Source: Rickettsia typhi
GTDB lineage: Bacteria; Pseudomonadota; Alphaproteobacteria; Rickettsiales; UBA1997
Direction of reading: 5' to 3'
DNA: 64,000 nt
Assembly (NCBI GenBank): GCA_945862535.1
Contig: CAMAYG010000007.1
Coordinates: 16,864 to 80,863 of the forward strand
Shown: positions 38,710 to 47,571 of the stretch, one piece after another
How positions within the stretch are numbered: the stretch's first letter is position 1
Layout: every line of letters begins with the position of its first letter
Notes under the pieces: generated by a model
The model's database searches: none
What the model was told of the DNA's origin: nothing
The model's input: only the letters and a program-made list of their open reading frames with translations
Program-made: the position numbers and the translations under genes

Positions 38710-39459
38710 TTAAACCATTAGCATTCCGCCATTAACATGTAGTGTAATGCCATTAATATAAGAAGATTCTTCACTTGCTAAAAACAGCACTGAAGTAGCG
38801 ATTTCTTTGGCTTCGCCCATCCTTCCCGCAGGAATTTTTTGCAATATCTGCTGTTTTTGCTGATCGTTTAAAATATCGGTCATGTTGCTTGCAATGAAAC
38901 CCGGAGCAATACAATTAACGGTAATATTTCTGCTTGCAACTTCGCAAGCAATTGATTTAGTCATGCCAATAATCCCAGCCTTTGAAGCAACATAATTTGC
39001 TTGCCCAGGGTTGCCAGAAACCCCAACCACTGAAGCGATATTGATTATTCTGCCATATTTTCTGCGAACCATTTTCTTTACAGCATTACGATTAATAACA
39101 AAAGTTGACTTTAAATTAATGTCAATCACCCGATCAAAATCTTCGTCCTTCATTCTTAAGATTAGATTATCGTGAGTAATACCAGCATTACAAATGACAA
39201 TATCGATATTGCCAGCCTTTTCTTCGGCAATATCAAAAAGATTATTCACCTCGCTTCTGCTAGATAAATCGCAGGCCAAAGCAATATGTTCGCCGTCGGA
39301 TTTTTGCGGTAGAGTTTTAATTAATTCTAAGATTTTGTCTTCTTTTGTTGCAGAAAGAACCATTCTAGCACCTTGCTTGGCAAGGCATTCGGCAATAGCA
39401 CTACCAAGACCTCCGGTAGCCCCAGTTAGTAAAACATTTTTATTTTTTAGTGAAAACAT
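38710..39459 (-). CDS. fabG: 3-oxoacyl-[ACP] reductase FabG
   Basis: TGATGGLGSAIA, NAG and YVASKAG (YxxxK) motifs. Start placed at the ATG of MFSLKNKNVLLTGA, removing the overlap with the next gene. Confidence 0.85.
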   Translation of the reverse strand: MFSLKNKNVLLTGATGGLGSAIAECLAKQGARMVLSATKEDKILELIKTLPQKSDGEHIALACDLSSRSEVNNLFDIAEEKAGNIDIVICNAGITHDNLILRMKDEDFDRVIDINLKSTFVINRNAVKKMVRRKYGRIINIASVVGVSGNPGQANYVASKAGIIGMTKSIACEVASRNITVNCIAPGFIASNMTDILNDQQKQQILQKIPAGRMGEAKEIATSVLFLASEESSYINGITLHVNGGMLMV

Positions 39460-39502
39460 ATACGGTAAGTTGTTAGGTTGCGAAGCGTTGATTTTGTTTG
39501 GT

Positions 39503-40315
39503 TTAGCTAGTTTTTTGATTATTATCAATAGCTTTAATGGCGAAAGTTAAAAATATTACAGTAATAAAGTAACCGATAAACTGGCTTGCCGAAGGTTGAT
39601 CGATATAGCCAAATAGATTATTGAGAATTTGCCCAAAAAAGCTTTTTTGCGGTAATATTAACGAGAGATTGAATATTGGATCGACAATAGGGGCAATTAT
39701 TTCTGCATCTTGCCACAAGCCAATTCCAGAGGCAATAAGACCTGCCGAAAGAAATATTAACAAAATAGTAGTGATTTTAAAGAAGTAACGACCAAATGCT
39801 TTAATTATCCCAAAGTAAGTTGCAAAGCCAACCAACGTTCCAGTTAAGAGGCCAGCGATAAATCCTAGAAACAATTGCTCTAGTGGCACATCGGCAAGAT
39901 AAGAACTATAAAGAAAAAGAACAATTTCTGCCCCCTCTCTTAATGTTGCAAGCATAACGATAATTGCCAAAGATTTTGGCGGTTTCTGACCGCTTAAAAC
40001 CTTGTTGCCAATGTTTCTTAGTTTGTTACCAATATTCTTTGAGTGCTGTTTCATCCAGATTACGGTGTAGCCAATCATTAAAGCGGTGATAATTAGAATG
40101 GCACCATTAAATAGCTCTTGCCCTAAATTATTCATTGCACTGCTAATGAAATCTGTAGCAAATGCCAAAGCAACAGCTCCAGAAACTCCTAACAGAAAGC
40201 CCAAAACTAGCCAAGAGCTTCTCTTGCTTACCGCCCTAGTGGCGGCGGCAAGAATACCAATAATTATTGCGATTTCAATAACTTCGCGAAAAACAACAAT
40301 TGCAATTTGTAGCAT
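39503..40315 (-). CDS. FTR1/EfeU-family high-affinity iron permease
   Basis: Two RExxE motifs (FREVIEI and LREGAEI) within a 7-TM-like protein. Confidence 0.75.
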   Translation of the reverse strand: MLQIAIVVFREVIEIAIIIGILAAATRAVSKRSSWLVLGFLLGVSGAVALAFATDFISSAMNNLGQELFNGAILIITALMIGYTVIWMKQHSKNIGNKLRNIGNKVLSGQKPPKSLAIIVMLATLREGAEIVLFLYSSYLADVPLEQLFLGFIAGLLTGTLVGFATYFGIIKAFGRYFFKITTILLIFLSAGLIASGIGLWQDAEIIAPIVDPIFNLSLILPQKSFFGQILNNLFGYIDQPSASQFIGYFITVIFLTFAIKAIDNNQKTS

Positions 40316-40412
40316 TTTATCTGATATTGATGGTTTAATTTGATAATTAGTATCAAATAATTGCTATCATTTTGCTATGGCGAAAATAAAAGTCAAGAAT
40401 ATAGAAACATTA

Positions 40413-40498
40413 TTAACTATATTTTTTGCTTGAGTTTGAGTATTTTGAGTAAGGCTAAATTAGCAAAACCGCCTTTGTTTTTGTAATTTGTTGCCGTT
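40413..40498 (-). pseudogene. Decayed duplicate of the ribH 3' end (candidate distal att-site remnant)
   Basis: Hand alignment to 51290-51384. Identical blocks are ttaactatatt, gcttgagtttgag, attttgagt, aggctaaa, tagcaaa, cctttgttttt, aattt and ttgcc, with roughly 85 percent identity. Small indels break the ribH reading frame. Confidence 0.7.
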
Positions 40499-40561
40499 AT
40501 TGAAATTTTAATGCCATTTTATTAGACCAGATATTTCTTTGCAGAAATTTTATACCCCCGA

Positions 40562-41377
40562 TTAAGAAGCTTGGCGAAACAATTTGCCCTTGATATCGTT
40601 AATTGTCAGATCTGCAAATTCTATCTGTGCTTGAGTAATTCTTTTTTGCACAATTCTGGTGATGGTTTTTTCACTAATTGCTGTGCCGTAATTATTGTTA
40701 GAAAAAGAGATAAATATCGATTCTAGCTTTGTAATATCTAGGTTCTTGCGACCTAGACCTTGAGTAATAAGATCGATATATTTTATTAGTAAAGTTTTAA
40801 GATTTTTCTTAATGGTAATAGATTTTATCTTATCCTTTTTGCCCTTACTCGAAATAAATATTTTAGTAACTCCTTCGTTTTTTGATATATCAAAAATCGT
40901 TAATCTTACTAATTGCGAAGCGGAAAGATTGTGATATAATATCAGATTAAGGACGATTAAATCTCGCAAATCTTCAGCACCTGCAACAGCGAAATTAACC
41001 AGCTTCAACAACTCTCCATGAGCTATATCTTTGTAATTATCTACAACTAGGCCTCTTTGCTTCGTTAGATGAGGTAAATTTATGTTAATTTCACTATCGA
41101 TAATATTGGTGGCAATTCCCCAAGTTAGAACCTGCTGTAATGCCGAAGAATAGGAAATAAAAGTGTTGTAACTATAGATTTTTTCAAGAAAGTTGTAGTA
41201 ATATAGCGAACCTTCGCAACAATCTTCAAATTTGCTACGATGAACCTCGATATAATGAAGAAAATGATTGATTGCTATTAAATATAGCCTGCTGGTGCTT
41301 TTAGGAAAGTCGCTATTCTTTGTAAATTCTTCTATTATTTTTTGTAAATTCAAAATTTCTCGATCGATTTTAAGCAT
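40562..41377 (-). CDS. Tyrosine-recombinase (Xer/phage-integrase)-like protein, truncated and lacking catalytic residues
   Basis: Collinear with XerD through LRDLIVLNLILYHNLSASQLVRLTIFDIS...SSKGKKDKIKSITI...LFISFS. The first catalytic Arg is replaced (NLSAS), the HxxR box reads NDIKG, and the protein ends before the catalytic Tyr. Start placed at ATG 41377, which overlaps the hlyD stop (ATGCTTAA). Confidence 0.6.
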   Translation of the reverse strand: MLKIDREILNLQKIIEEFTKNSDFPKSTSRLYLIAINHFLHYIEVHRSKFEDCCEGSLYYYNFLEKIYSYNTFISYSSALQQVLTWGIATNIIDSEININLPHLTKQRGLVVDNYKDIAHGELLKLVNFAVAGAEDLRDLIVLNLILYHNLSASQLVRLTIFDISKNEGVTKIFISSKGKKDKIKSITIKKNLKTLLIKYIDLITQGLGRKNLDITKLESIFISFSNNNYGTAISEKTITRIVQKRITQAQIEFADLTINDIKGKLFRQAS

Positions 41378-42671
41378 CGCGAAACGACTTGTTAATTTGT
41401 TGTAATAAAGGCTCAAACAATATTGTTGCAAAGCTCTTCTTACCAACAACAATAAATGCTTCAACCTGCATGCCAGGATATAAGGTAAAATTATTAATTT
41501 TTGCCTTTTCTTTAGGATCTATCTTGATTCTAGCGATGTAATACATTCGACCATTTTGCTCTTTGGTAATATCTGGATCGAGATATATCAACTTTCCTGA
41601 TAGTTTTTTTGCAATTTTTGACTGTAAGGCACTAAAATTAATAATAACCGACATGTTGAGATGAACTACATCGATATCTTTTGGCTCAATTTTAACCTCA
41701 ACAAGAAGATCGTCACTTTGCGGAACGATATCGAGCAAATCTTGTCCAGATCTTAAGACCCCACCAATAGTAAAAACTTGTATATTGCGAATCATACCGC
41801 CAACAGGAGCAATAACCACAAGTCTTTGATTTACTTCTTTAGAGTTGTTATATTGTTTTTCTGCATCTTGCAACTGGCGAAGGTCTTCGCTGAGTTTATT
41901 TTGTAGGTTTCTACGATATTCAGTGTTAAGATTCTGGATTTTCATATTGATTTCAGTAATGCTTTGTGATGTTTTAGCTATTTCCGATTCATTGTTAATA
42001 AGGGCAATTTTTGCTTCTTGAGTTTGCTTGAGCGAATCTATCATTTTTTGCCTAGTGGTGTTGTTGCTTTTATACAATTCATCAATAGTTTTATTTTCTT
42101 TTTGTAGAAGACTAAGTTTTTCTTGCAAAATCACTCTTTGCTCTTGTAGATATATTTTTCTTTGCTTAGTGTCTGCGATTTGATTAGACAAGGCTCGCAG
42201 GTTTTCCTGGTGATTCATTTTTTCACTCTCTGCTATTGACATCTGTAGTTCGATTATCTTTTCTGGATATTCCTTGATTAGTGATTTGAGGTCTATATTG
42301 GAGTTGTTAATTTGACTTTTTATTCTTTCGACTTCCACCTTAAGATTTTCTAGCTGATATTTATTTGCTTTCAGGTTTTCAGAGCCTTGAACTTCTGAAA
42401 GCCTAATTAGTTCTTGACCCTGCTTGACAATATCGCCATTTTTTACCAGAATTTCCTTAACTATACCACCTTCAAGATGTTGCACAGTTTTTTTATTAAA
42501 GTCGATTACCACCTGACCGGGAGCGACCGCAGCGGTGTTTATTTTAAAAAAGAATAAACAAAATACTATAACAAAAACACAAAGAAAAACTGTGAGCGAA
42601 GCTTTTCGTAGATATTTATTTATGATTTGCCATTCTTTGGCAATGACCTGTTCTGTGCTCTGATTTGACAT
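41370..42671 (-). CDS. Type I secretion membrane fusion protein (HlyD family)
   Basis: N-terminal TM helix, APGQVVIDFNKKTVQHLEGGIVKEILVKNGDIVKQGQELIRL (lipoyl-like), a long coiled coil, VIAPVGGMI, and a C-terminal beta domain. Confidence 0.85.
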   Translation of the reverse strand: MSNQSTEQVIAKEWQIINKYLRKASLTVFLCVFVIVFCLFFFKINTAAVAPGQVVIDFNKKTVQHLEGGIVKEILVKNGDIVKQGQELIRLSEVQGSENLKANKYQLENLKVEVERIKSQINNSNIDLKSLIKEYPEKIIELQMSIAESEKMNHQENLRALSNQIADTKQRKIYLQEQRVILQEKLSLLQKENKTIDELYKSNNTTRQKMIDSLKQTQEAKIALINNESEIAKTSQSITEINMKIQNLNTEYRRNLQNKLSEDLRQLQDAEKQYNNSKEVNQRLVVIAPVGGMIRNIQVFTIGGVLRSGQDLLDIVPQSDDLLVEVKIEPKDIDVVHLNMSVIINFSALQSKIAKKLSGKLIYLDPDITKEQNGRMYYIARIKIDPKEKAKINNFTLYPGMQVEAFIVVGKKSFATILFEPLLQQINKSFRDA

Positions 42672-42688
42672 TTGTTCGTTTCAACATT

Positions 42689-44323
42689 TTAGTGTTTTAT
42701 TAAGCCATTCTCTAAATAAAACACCTTATCGGATATTTTTAACAATTCAAGGCTTTTTCCAGACATTATTGTCGTTACTCCTTGCTTTCTTAGATCTAAA
42801 AGCAATTTTGATATTACCAAAACCTCTTGTTCGCCTTCAACATCAACATCATCTAATATCAAGATCTTTGGATCGCTATAAATTGTACTCGCAAAAGCAA
42901 TTCTTCTGGAAAGACTAAAGCCAAGATTGCAACCATTATCGATAATTTTAGTATTATAGCCGCTCTCAAAACTATTAATCAAATTATGACAATTAAGCTT
43001 TTGACTAGCCTTAATAACATTATCGATATTTGCTTTCTGATCTAGTCTAGCAATAGATTCTCTAATGTTATCACCTACTAATTTCTGATCTATGATTTGA
43101 GGCAAATAGCCAATTATCTTGCCCAAGCTTTCCTTGCTCACTAAAGATAAATCTATTTGATCGTATTTCACCATGCCAGATATTGGCTTATAAATTCCCG
43201 CAAGCAATTTTAGCATTGTGCTCTTGCCAGACATTGATGAGCCAGTTATAAGGTTAATAGTTGCTGAGGCTATTTCAATATTGGCGCCTTTGAGTATTGG
43301 CTTTTTAGTTTCTGGGTAAATAAATATCAACCTCTCGCCACTAATTTTTCCACTAAATTTAGAAATCTCTATCGGCTTTTTACTTTCATGGGTGACTTTA
43401 ATATTTTTAACCAAACTACGATAGGCAGATCTTGCCTCGGGCAAATTTGCAAAAGCTGTCGAGAATTTAGCAAATAGAGTGAGAGCTTTACTACTTAGAA
43501 TTGAAGAGGCAATTATTGCCCCTGTGGTTAGCTGATCTTGTAAAATTAAATATCCACAAAGGCCCGTGGTTAAGATCTGCAAGATGGTTCTTGTTGCATT
43601 GGTTGCTTCGTTGTATCTGTTTTGAGTTGCCTTTTGATCTAATTTATTCAGCCCTTCTTCCTGTTTAAAAAAACTAAATCTTTGCAACAAATTGCCAATT
43701 ATACCATTTGCCTGAGCTACTCCACCAAGTTTTTTTATTGATTCGATCTGATTATTAGCAAGATAATTATATTTATAAGCAACTTTCTGACTAGATTTAG
43801 ACAGGATTTTACCCAATTCGGTTAAAGCAAAAATTAGAAAACCACCAAAAATAGTTAAAAACCCAACAAAAGGATGGAGAAAAAACAAGAATAAGAGATA
43901 AATTAACACAAATGGCCCCTCAATCAAACCCACCAGAAACGACACAATAAAATTATGCAGTTTTTTAAAATATTCGACATTGTCGGCAACGATATTTTCA
44001 TTCTGGTAAATCACATTCTGACTAACCGTTTCGTTTGCAACCATAGAAACCAATAGTCCAGAAAATATGTAGTCGATACGGTTAATAACTTTTTGTTTTA
44101 TTTTTTCTAAAATAGTGCTAAAAATAATTGCAACAACAATAACAAAAGTCAATACCAATAAGGTTTCGAGGCTACGAGAACCGATAACTTTATCCATCAC
44201 TTGCAAAGAATACATTGGCACCGCAAGTTGCAAAATATGTGAGACACCGCTAATTAAGGCAATAGGGACGATGGTTTTCTTGATGCGAATTAGGTTATTT
44301 TCTATTAAATGTTGCTTATCCAT
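42689..44323 (-). CDS. Type I secretion ABC transporter (PrtD/HasD-like, no C39 domain) with degenerate nucleotide-binding motifs
   Basis: 544 aa with a six-TM region plus an NBD. Walker A GSSMSGKST and Q-loop GYLPQ are retained. The signature reads LGFSLSRR instead of LSGGQ, Walker B is ILILDD-V (no catalytic Glu), and the H-loop position reads MSGK (no His). Confidence 0.8.
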   Translation of the reverse strand: MDKQHLIENNLIRIKKTIVPIALISGVSHILQLAVPMYSLQVMDKVIGSRSLETLLVLTFVIVVAIIFSTILEKIKQKVINRIDYIFSGLLVSMVANETVSQNVIYQNENIVADNVEYFKKLHNFIVSFLVGLIEGPFVLIYLLFLFFLHPFVGFLTIFGGFLIFALTELGKILSKSSQKVAYKYNYLANNQIESIKKLGGVAQANGIIGNLLQRFSFFKQEEGLNKLDQKATQNRYNEATNATRTILQILTTGLCGYLILQDQLTTGAIIASSILSSKALTLFAKFSTAFANLPEARSAYRSLVKNIKVTHESKKPIEISKFSGKISGERLIFIYPETKKPILKGANIEIASATINLITGSSMSGKSTMLKLLAGIYKPISGMVKYDQIDLSLVSKESLGKIIGYLPQIIDQKLVGDNIRESIARLDQKANIDNVIKASQKLNCHNLINSFESGYNTKIIDNGCNLGFSLSRRIAFASTIYSDPKILILDDVDVEGEQEVLVISKLLLDLRKQGVTTIMSGKSLELLKISDKVFYLENGLIKH

Positions 44324-44348
44324 AAATGATATTTATTGTTTTGTTATT

Positions 44349-45995
44349 TTACAGCTGATCGATATTCGCTTCACCAAGAAGCTCGAGAATATTATAAAAA
44401 CCAATTGCGAGATCTGTGTTGACATTGATTAATTCATCGCTCTTTGAATAGAGATTATTGATAAAATACAATAATTCAAAGTTATCTTTAAGTCCATTGC
44501 TAAATTCAATAAAAGCATTGTCATATATCTTGCTTGCAACCTGATAATTTCTTTTTGAAGCAATTAGCAATTTGCGATTAATATTAAAACGAGCAATCTC
44601 CGACTGAATCGCAGACAAAACACCAAGAGAATCTTCGCGGTATTTTGCCATAACAGCACGATAATCGGCATTAGTCGAGTTAAGATTATATTTATCTTGC
44701 CAAGAATCAAAGACAGGCAAAGAAACCTTAATATTTATCGATCTTTCGTTTTGATTGTAATTTTGCTGAGCATTTGCCTGAGTGTCATATTGATTTTTTG
44801 CTAATGAAGCATCGAAATCAACTCTAGGCATAAAGTTAGATTTGGCAATATTTCTTAATGATTTTTTTAGCGAGACTTCGGTTTTTGACTGCTTAATTCT
44901 TGGTGAGCTTTTAATGTGAAGCTCGATATCTTGGCTTATTTTTGCTACTTCCGTTTCAAAAGATGATAATTTATTTTCAATAAAATTAGCTATTTCTTCC
45001 CGATTTTCCAATGCTAAATAAGTGTCTTGTTGCTGATTTAGCATTTGCCTTAAACGATATTTTTCTTGGAATATTTGCTGATTTATTCTTTCTTGCTTTA
45101 TTATTGCATTGTTTAAGCTTACCTCGACTTGTAAAAAATCGCTCTTGGTTATTTCGTATTTCGACAATTTTTGGCGACTATTTTCTAGATGTTGCTGATA
45201 AACTAGAAGCTCTTGCTTGGCATTTTTAAGCAATTCATTTAGCCTAAGAAAATTAAGATAAGACTTTACAACACCAACAATTAGAGACTGCTGTTGGGCT
45301 TTGAAATCGTATTTAGCAATTTCTAGGCGACTAGATTCTGCACTTAAGCGATTTAGACCCGCAAAACCTTCAAATAGATTTTGTCTTAGTAGTATTTGTC
45401 TCGTGTTTTCATTGGTGGTAAATTTATCGATATTATTCGCAGAAGATTTTTTATAGCTATTGTCCGATGACTGATATTCTAAGCTAATTTTTGGCATCAT
45501 TGCCGAAACTTTTGCATCTCGTTGCCAGTTCTGCGAACTTACTAATTCTTCCTTTTGTTTAAGGGCATTATTATTTGCCAATGCAACACTGATTAGGTTT
45601 TTTAAACTATTGCTAATGTTTTCTGAAGAATTGGCTCTTGCTGAATCTTGTTTTGATAAATCATTTTTTTCTTCGCCAACAACTATTGCAAGACTATTAA
45701 CGGCCTTGAGGTTGGGAGAAGGAGCAAGATTTATCCTATTAATATTTGCATCTTTTTGCTTTTCTTTGCTGTTGTAATTATTAGCTTTATTAGCTTTATT
45801 GACAATTTTATAACTTGAAACTTTGGGCAGGGCAATCTTATTATTTACTTTTTTACCCTCTGCAAGAACAGGAAATTGTTTATTAGCATTCTCTGCCCTA
45901 GTGTCAAGATTTAGCACAAATGCCAAAATAAACGAAAATAAGAATAATATTTTGCTTTTTATGTTAAAATTATGCAAGCATTGTTTAATAAGCAT
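44349..45995 (-). CDS. TolC-family outer membrane efflux protein
   Basis: Signal peptide, a ~120-aa low-complexity Asn/Lys-rich extension, then a duplicated coiled-coil/beta pattern typical of TolC (e.g. NNNALKQKEE...QNWQRDAK). Confidence 0.75.
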   Translation of the reverse strand: MLIKQCLHNFNIKSKILFLFSFILAFVLNLDTRAENANKQFPVLAEGKKVNNKIALPKVSSYKIVNKANKANNYNSKEKQKDANINRINLAPSPNLKAVNSLAIVVGEEKNDLSKQDSARANSSENISNSLKNLISVALANNNALKQKEELVSSQNWQRDAKVSAMMPKISLEYQSSDNSYKKSSANNIDKFTTNENTRQILLRQNLFEGFAGLNRLSAESSRLEIAKYDFKAQQQSLIVGVVKSYLNFLRLNELLKNAKQELLVYQQHLENSRQKLSKYEITKSDFLQVEVSLNNAIIKQERINQQIFQEKYRLRQMLNQQQDTYLALENREEIANFIENKLSSFETEVAKISQDIELHIKSSPRIKQSKTEVSLKKSLRNIAKSNFMPRVDFDASLAKNQYDTQANAQQNYNQNERSINIKVSLPVFDSWQDKYNLNSTNADYRAVMAKYREDSLGVLSAIQSEIARFNINRKLLIASKRNYQVASKIYDNAFIEFSNGLKDNFELLYFINNLYSKSDELINVNTDLAIGFYNILELLGEANIDQL

Positions 45996-46019
45996 TATGA
46001 GATAAGATGATTTGTTAAT

Positions 46020-47558
46020 TTAGTTTTCAAGATAATCAACTTGATCGTCGTTTGAGTAATCGCTGTAATCGGCATCGTCGCTATAATAATTATCTGGAAT
46101 ATCGTCGCTGAATTGAGCTTTTTTTAAATTTTCTTGCTCTATATAATTAACTTCTTGCACTATTTCGTAGTCCTGAACTTCTGTATTTTGTTGATATGAA
46201 CTTAGCTGACTTACTTCCTTAACGGCAATATCATAATCAACAAGATACTCAATTTTAAAAATATCTGACCTAGTCGGATTGTCCCAGTCGATAAAATTTG
46301 TGATATTTAACTGCGAAACCGCAATGCCAGAAAAAAACAACGATAAAAAGTTTGGATTGGTGTAATATTCTATCAAAACACCAGACTCACCATTAACAAA
46401 GTCGTTTTTAATAAGAAATGTTCCAGGGTAATAGGTATTTGGGTCGAAGTCAAAATCTATTTTATCAATATTGGGGTTAAAATTTTTGATGATAAATTTT
46501 GATTCTTGATATTTTATCAAATCAACATCTTTATTATTATATCCACTACTTCTATCGATATAATAAGTTTTGCTGAAAGCTCTAGTAACATCGTTTTGTG
46601 ACTCTGGAGCTGGTTCTGGCTCTTGATATGAGGCTTTTACCTTGTCGATTTCTAAAACTATCCGACTGGCTTCTTCGTTATAAGAACTTTGATTAAATTC
46701 GTAAGAATCTTGCTCGGGTTGCTGATAGATATTTGCAAGTTTTGTTGCCGATTCTGAATTACTGAATCTCTCAATGCCTTCTTTGGAGGATGGCACAGAG
46801 GACGATTTAGCATCTTGATTGCTAATATCTTGGCTCTGCGATATGGCAATATTAACTATCGCCTTATTAGTGAATTTTTCTGGGGTTGAATTTTGCTCTT
46901 TTGCAGGGCTTGATAGTTCGCCAGAGTTTTTATTTACAGCGGTCTTTTTATCTTTTATTTTATTATTAGCAAAATTTACTGAATTTTCTTTATTGCTAGA
47001 GATTAAATGATTGTCTTTTACTAGGTTCTTGCTACTTAATTCTGGTAATATTTGCTCCTTCTCTCTTGGTTTTTGGTATAATAATTGTTGACGATTGTAA
47101 TCATCGACATCCAAAACCTCGGCACCTTCTGTATTTGATAATTCATTATCTTGATTACTTATGATTTTGACATTATTTTGCTTTGACGCCTTAGGATCTT
47201 TTAGCTCTCGATGTTCTTTGGCATTTAATTCTTTTATCGCTACATCCTGATTAAAAACTCCAACCATCACGGCAAGACCAGCTGTTAGGTCGTTTGCCGA
47301 TTGCGAACTAGACTTCTCTTTTTCTTCTTGAGATTTACGATTTTGTATTTTGATATTATGAGCTTCGCTACTAATTTGATTTGCGATATTTTGAGAATCG
47401 GAGCTTTGACTTGTCTCTATTGCCAGTAATTCTGCATTTATTAGCAGATCGGAATCGAGAACTGAATTGTTATTGCTATTGTTATTATCGCGATCTTGCG
47501 ATAAAGAATTTTTACTCTTATTAACCGCAAGATCGGATTTATTGTCATCTATCGTCAC
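46020..47558 (-). CDS. Acidic low-complexity protein with one C-terminal NFNP..DKID module; putative T1SS passenger
   Basis: GTG start 14 nt after the upstream stop. FIIKNFNPNIDKIDFDFDP...SGIAVSQLNITNF matches the module of the upstream gene. The C-terminus is strongly acidic (DDADYSDYSNDDQVDYLEN). Confidence 0.4.
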   Translation of the reverse strand: MTIDDNKSDLAVNKSKNSLSQDRDNNNSNNNSVLDSDLLINAELLAIETSQSSDSQNIANQISSEAHNIKIQNRKSQEEKEKSSSQSANDLTAGLAVMVGVFNQDVAIKELNAKEHRELKDPKASKQNNVKIISNQDNELSNTEGAEVLDVDDYNRQQLLYQKPREKEQILPELSSKNLVKDNHLISSNKENSVNFANNKIKDKKTAVNKNSGELSSPAKEQNSTPEKFTNKAIVNIAISQSQDISNQDAKSSSVPSSKEGIERFSNSESATKLANIYQQPEQDSYEFNQSSYNEEASRIVLEIDKVKASYQEPEPAPESQNDVTRAFSKTYYIDRSSGYNNKDVDLIKYQESKFIIKNFNPNIDKIDFDFDPNTYYPGTFLIKNDFVNGESGVLIEYYTNPNFLSLFFSGIAVSQLNITNFIDWDNPTRSDIFKIEYLVDYDIAVKEVSQLSSYQQNTEVQDYEIVQEVNYIEQENLKKAQFSDDIPDNYYSDDADYSDYSNDDQVDYLEN

Positions 47559-47571
47559 CTAATTATATATT

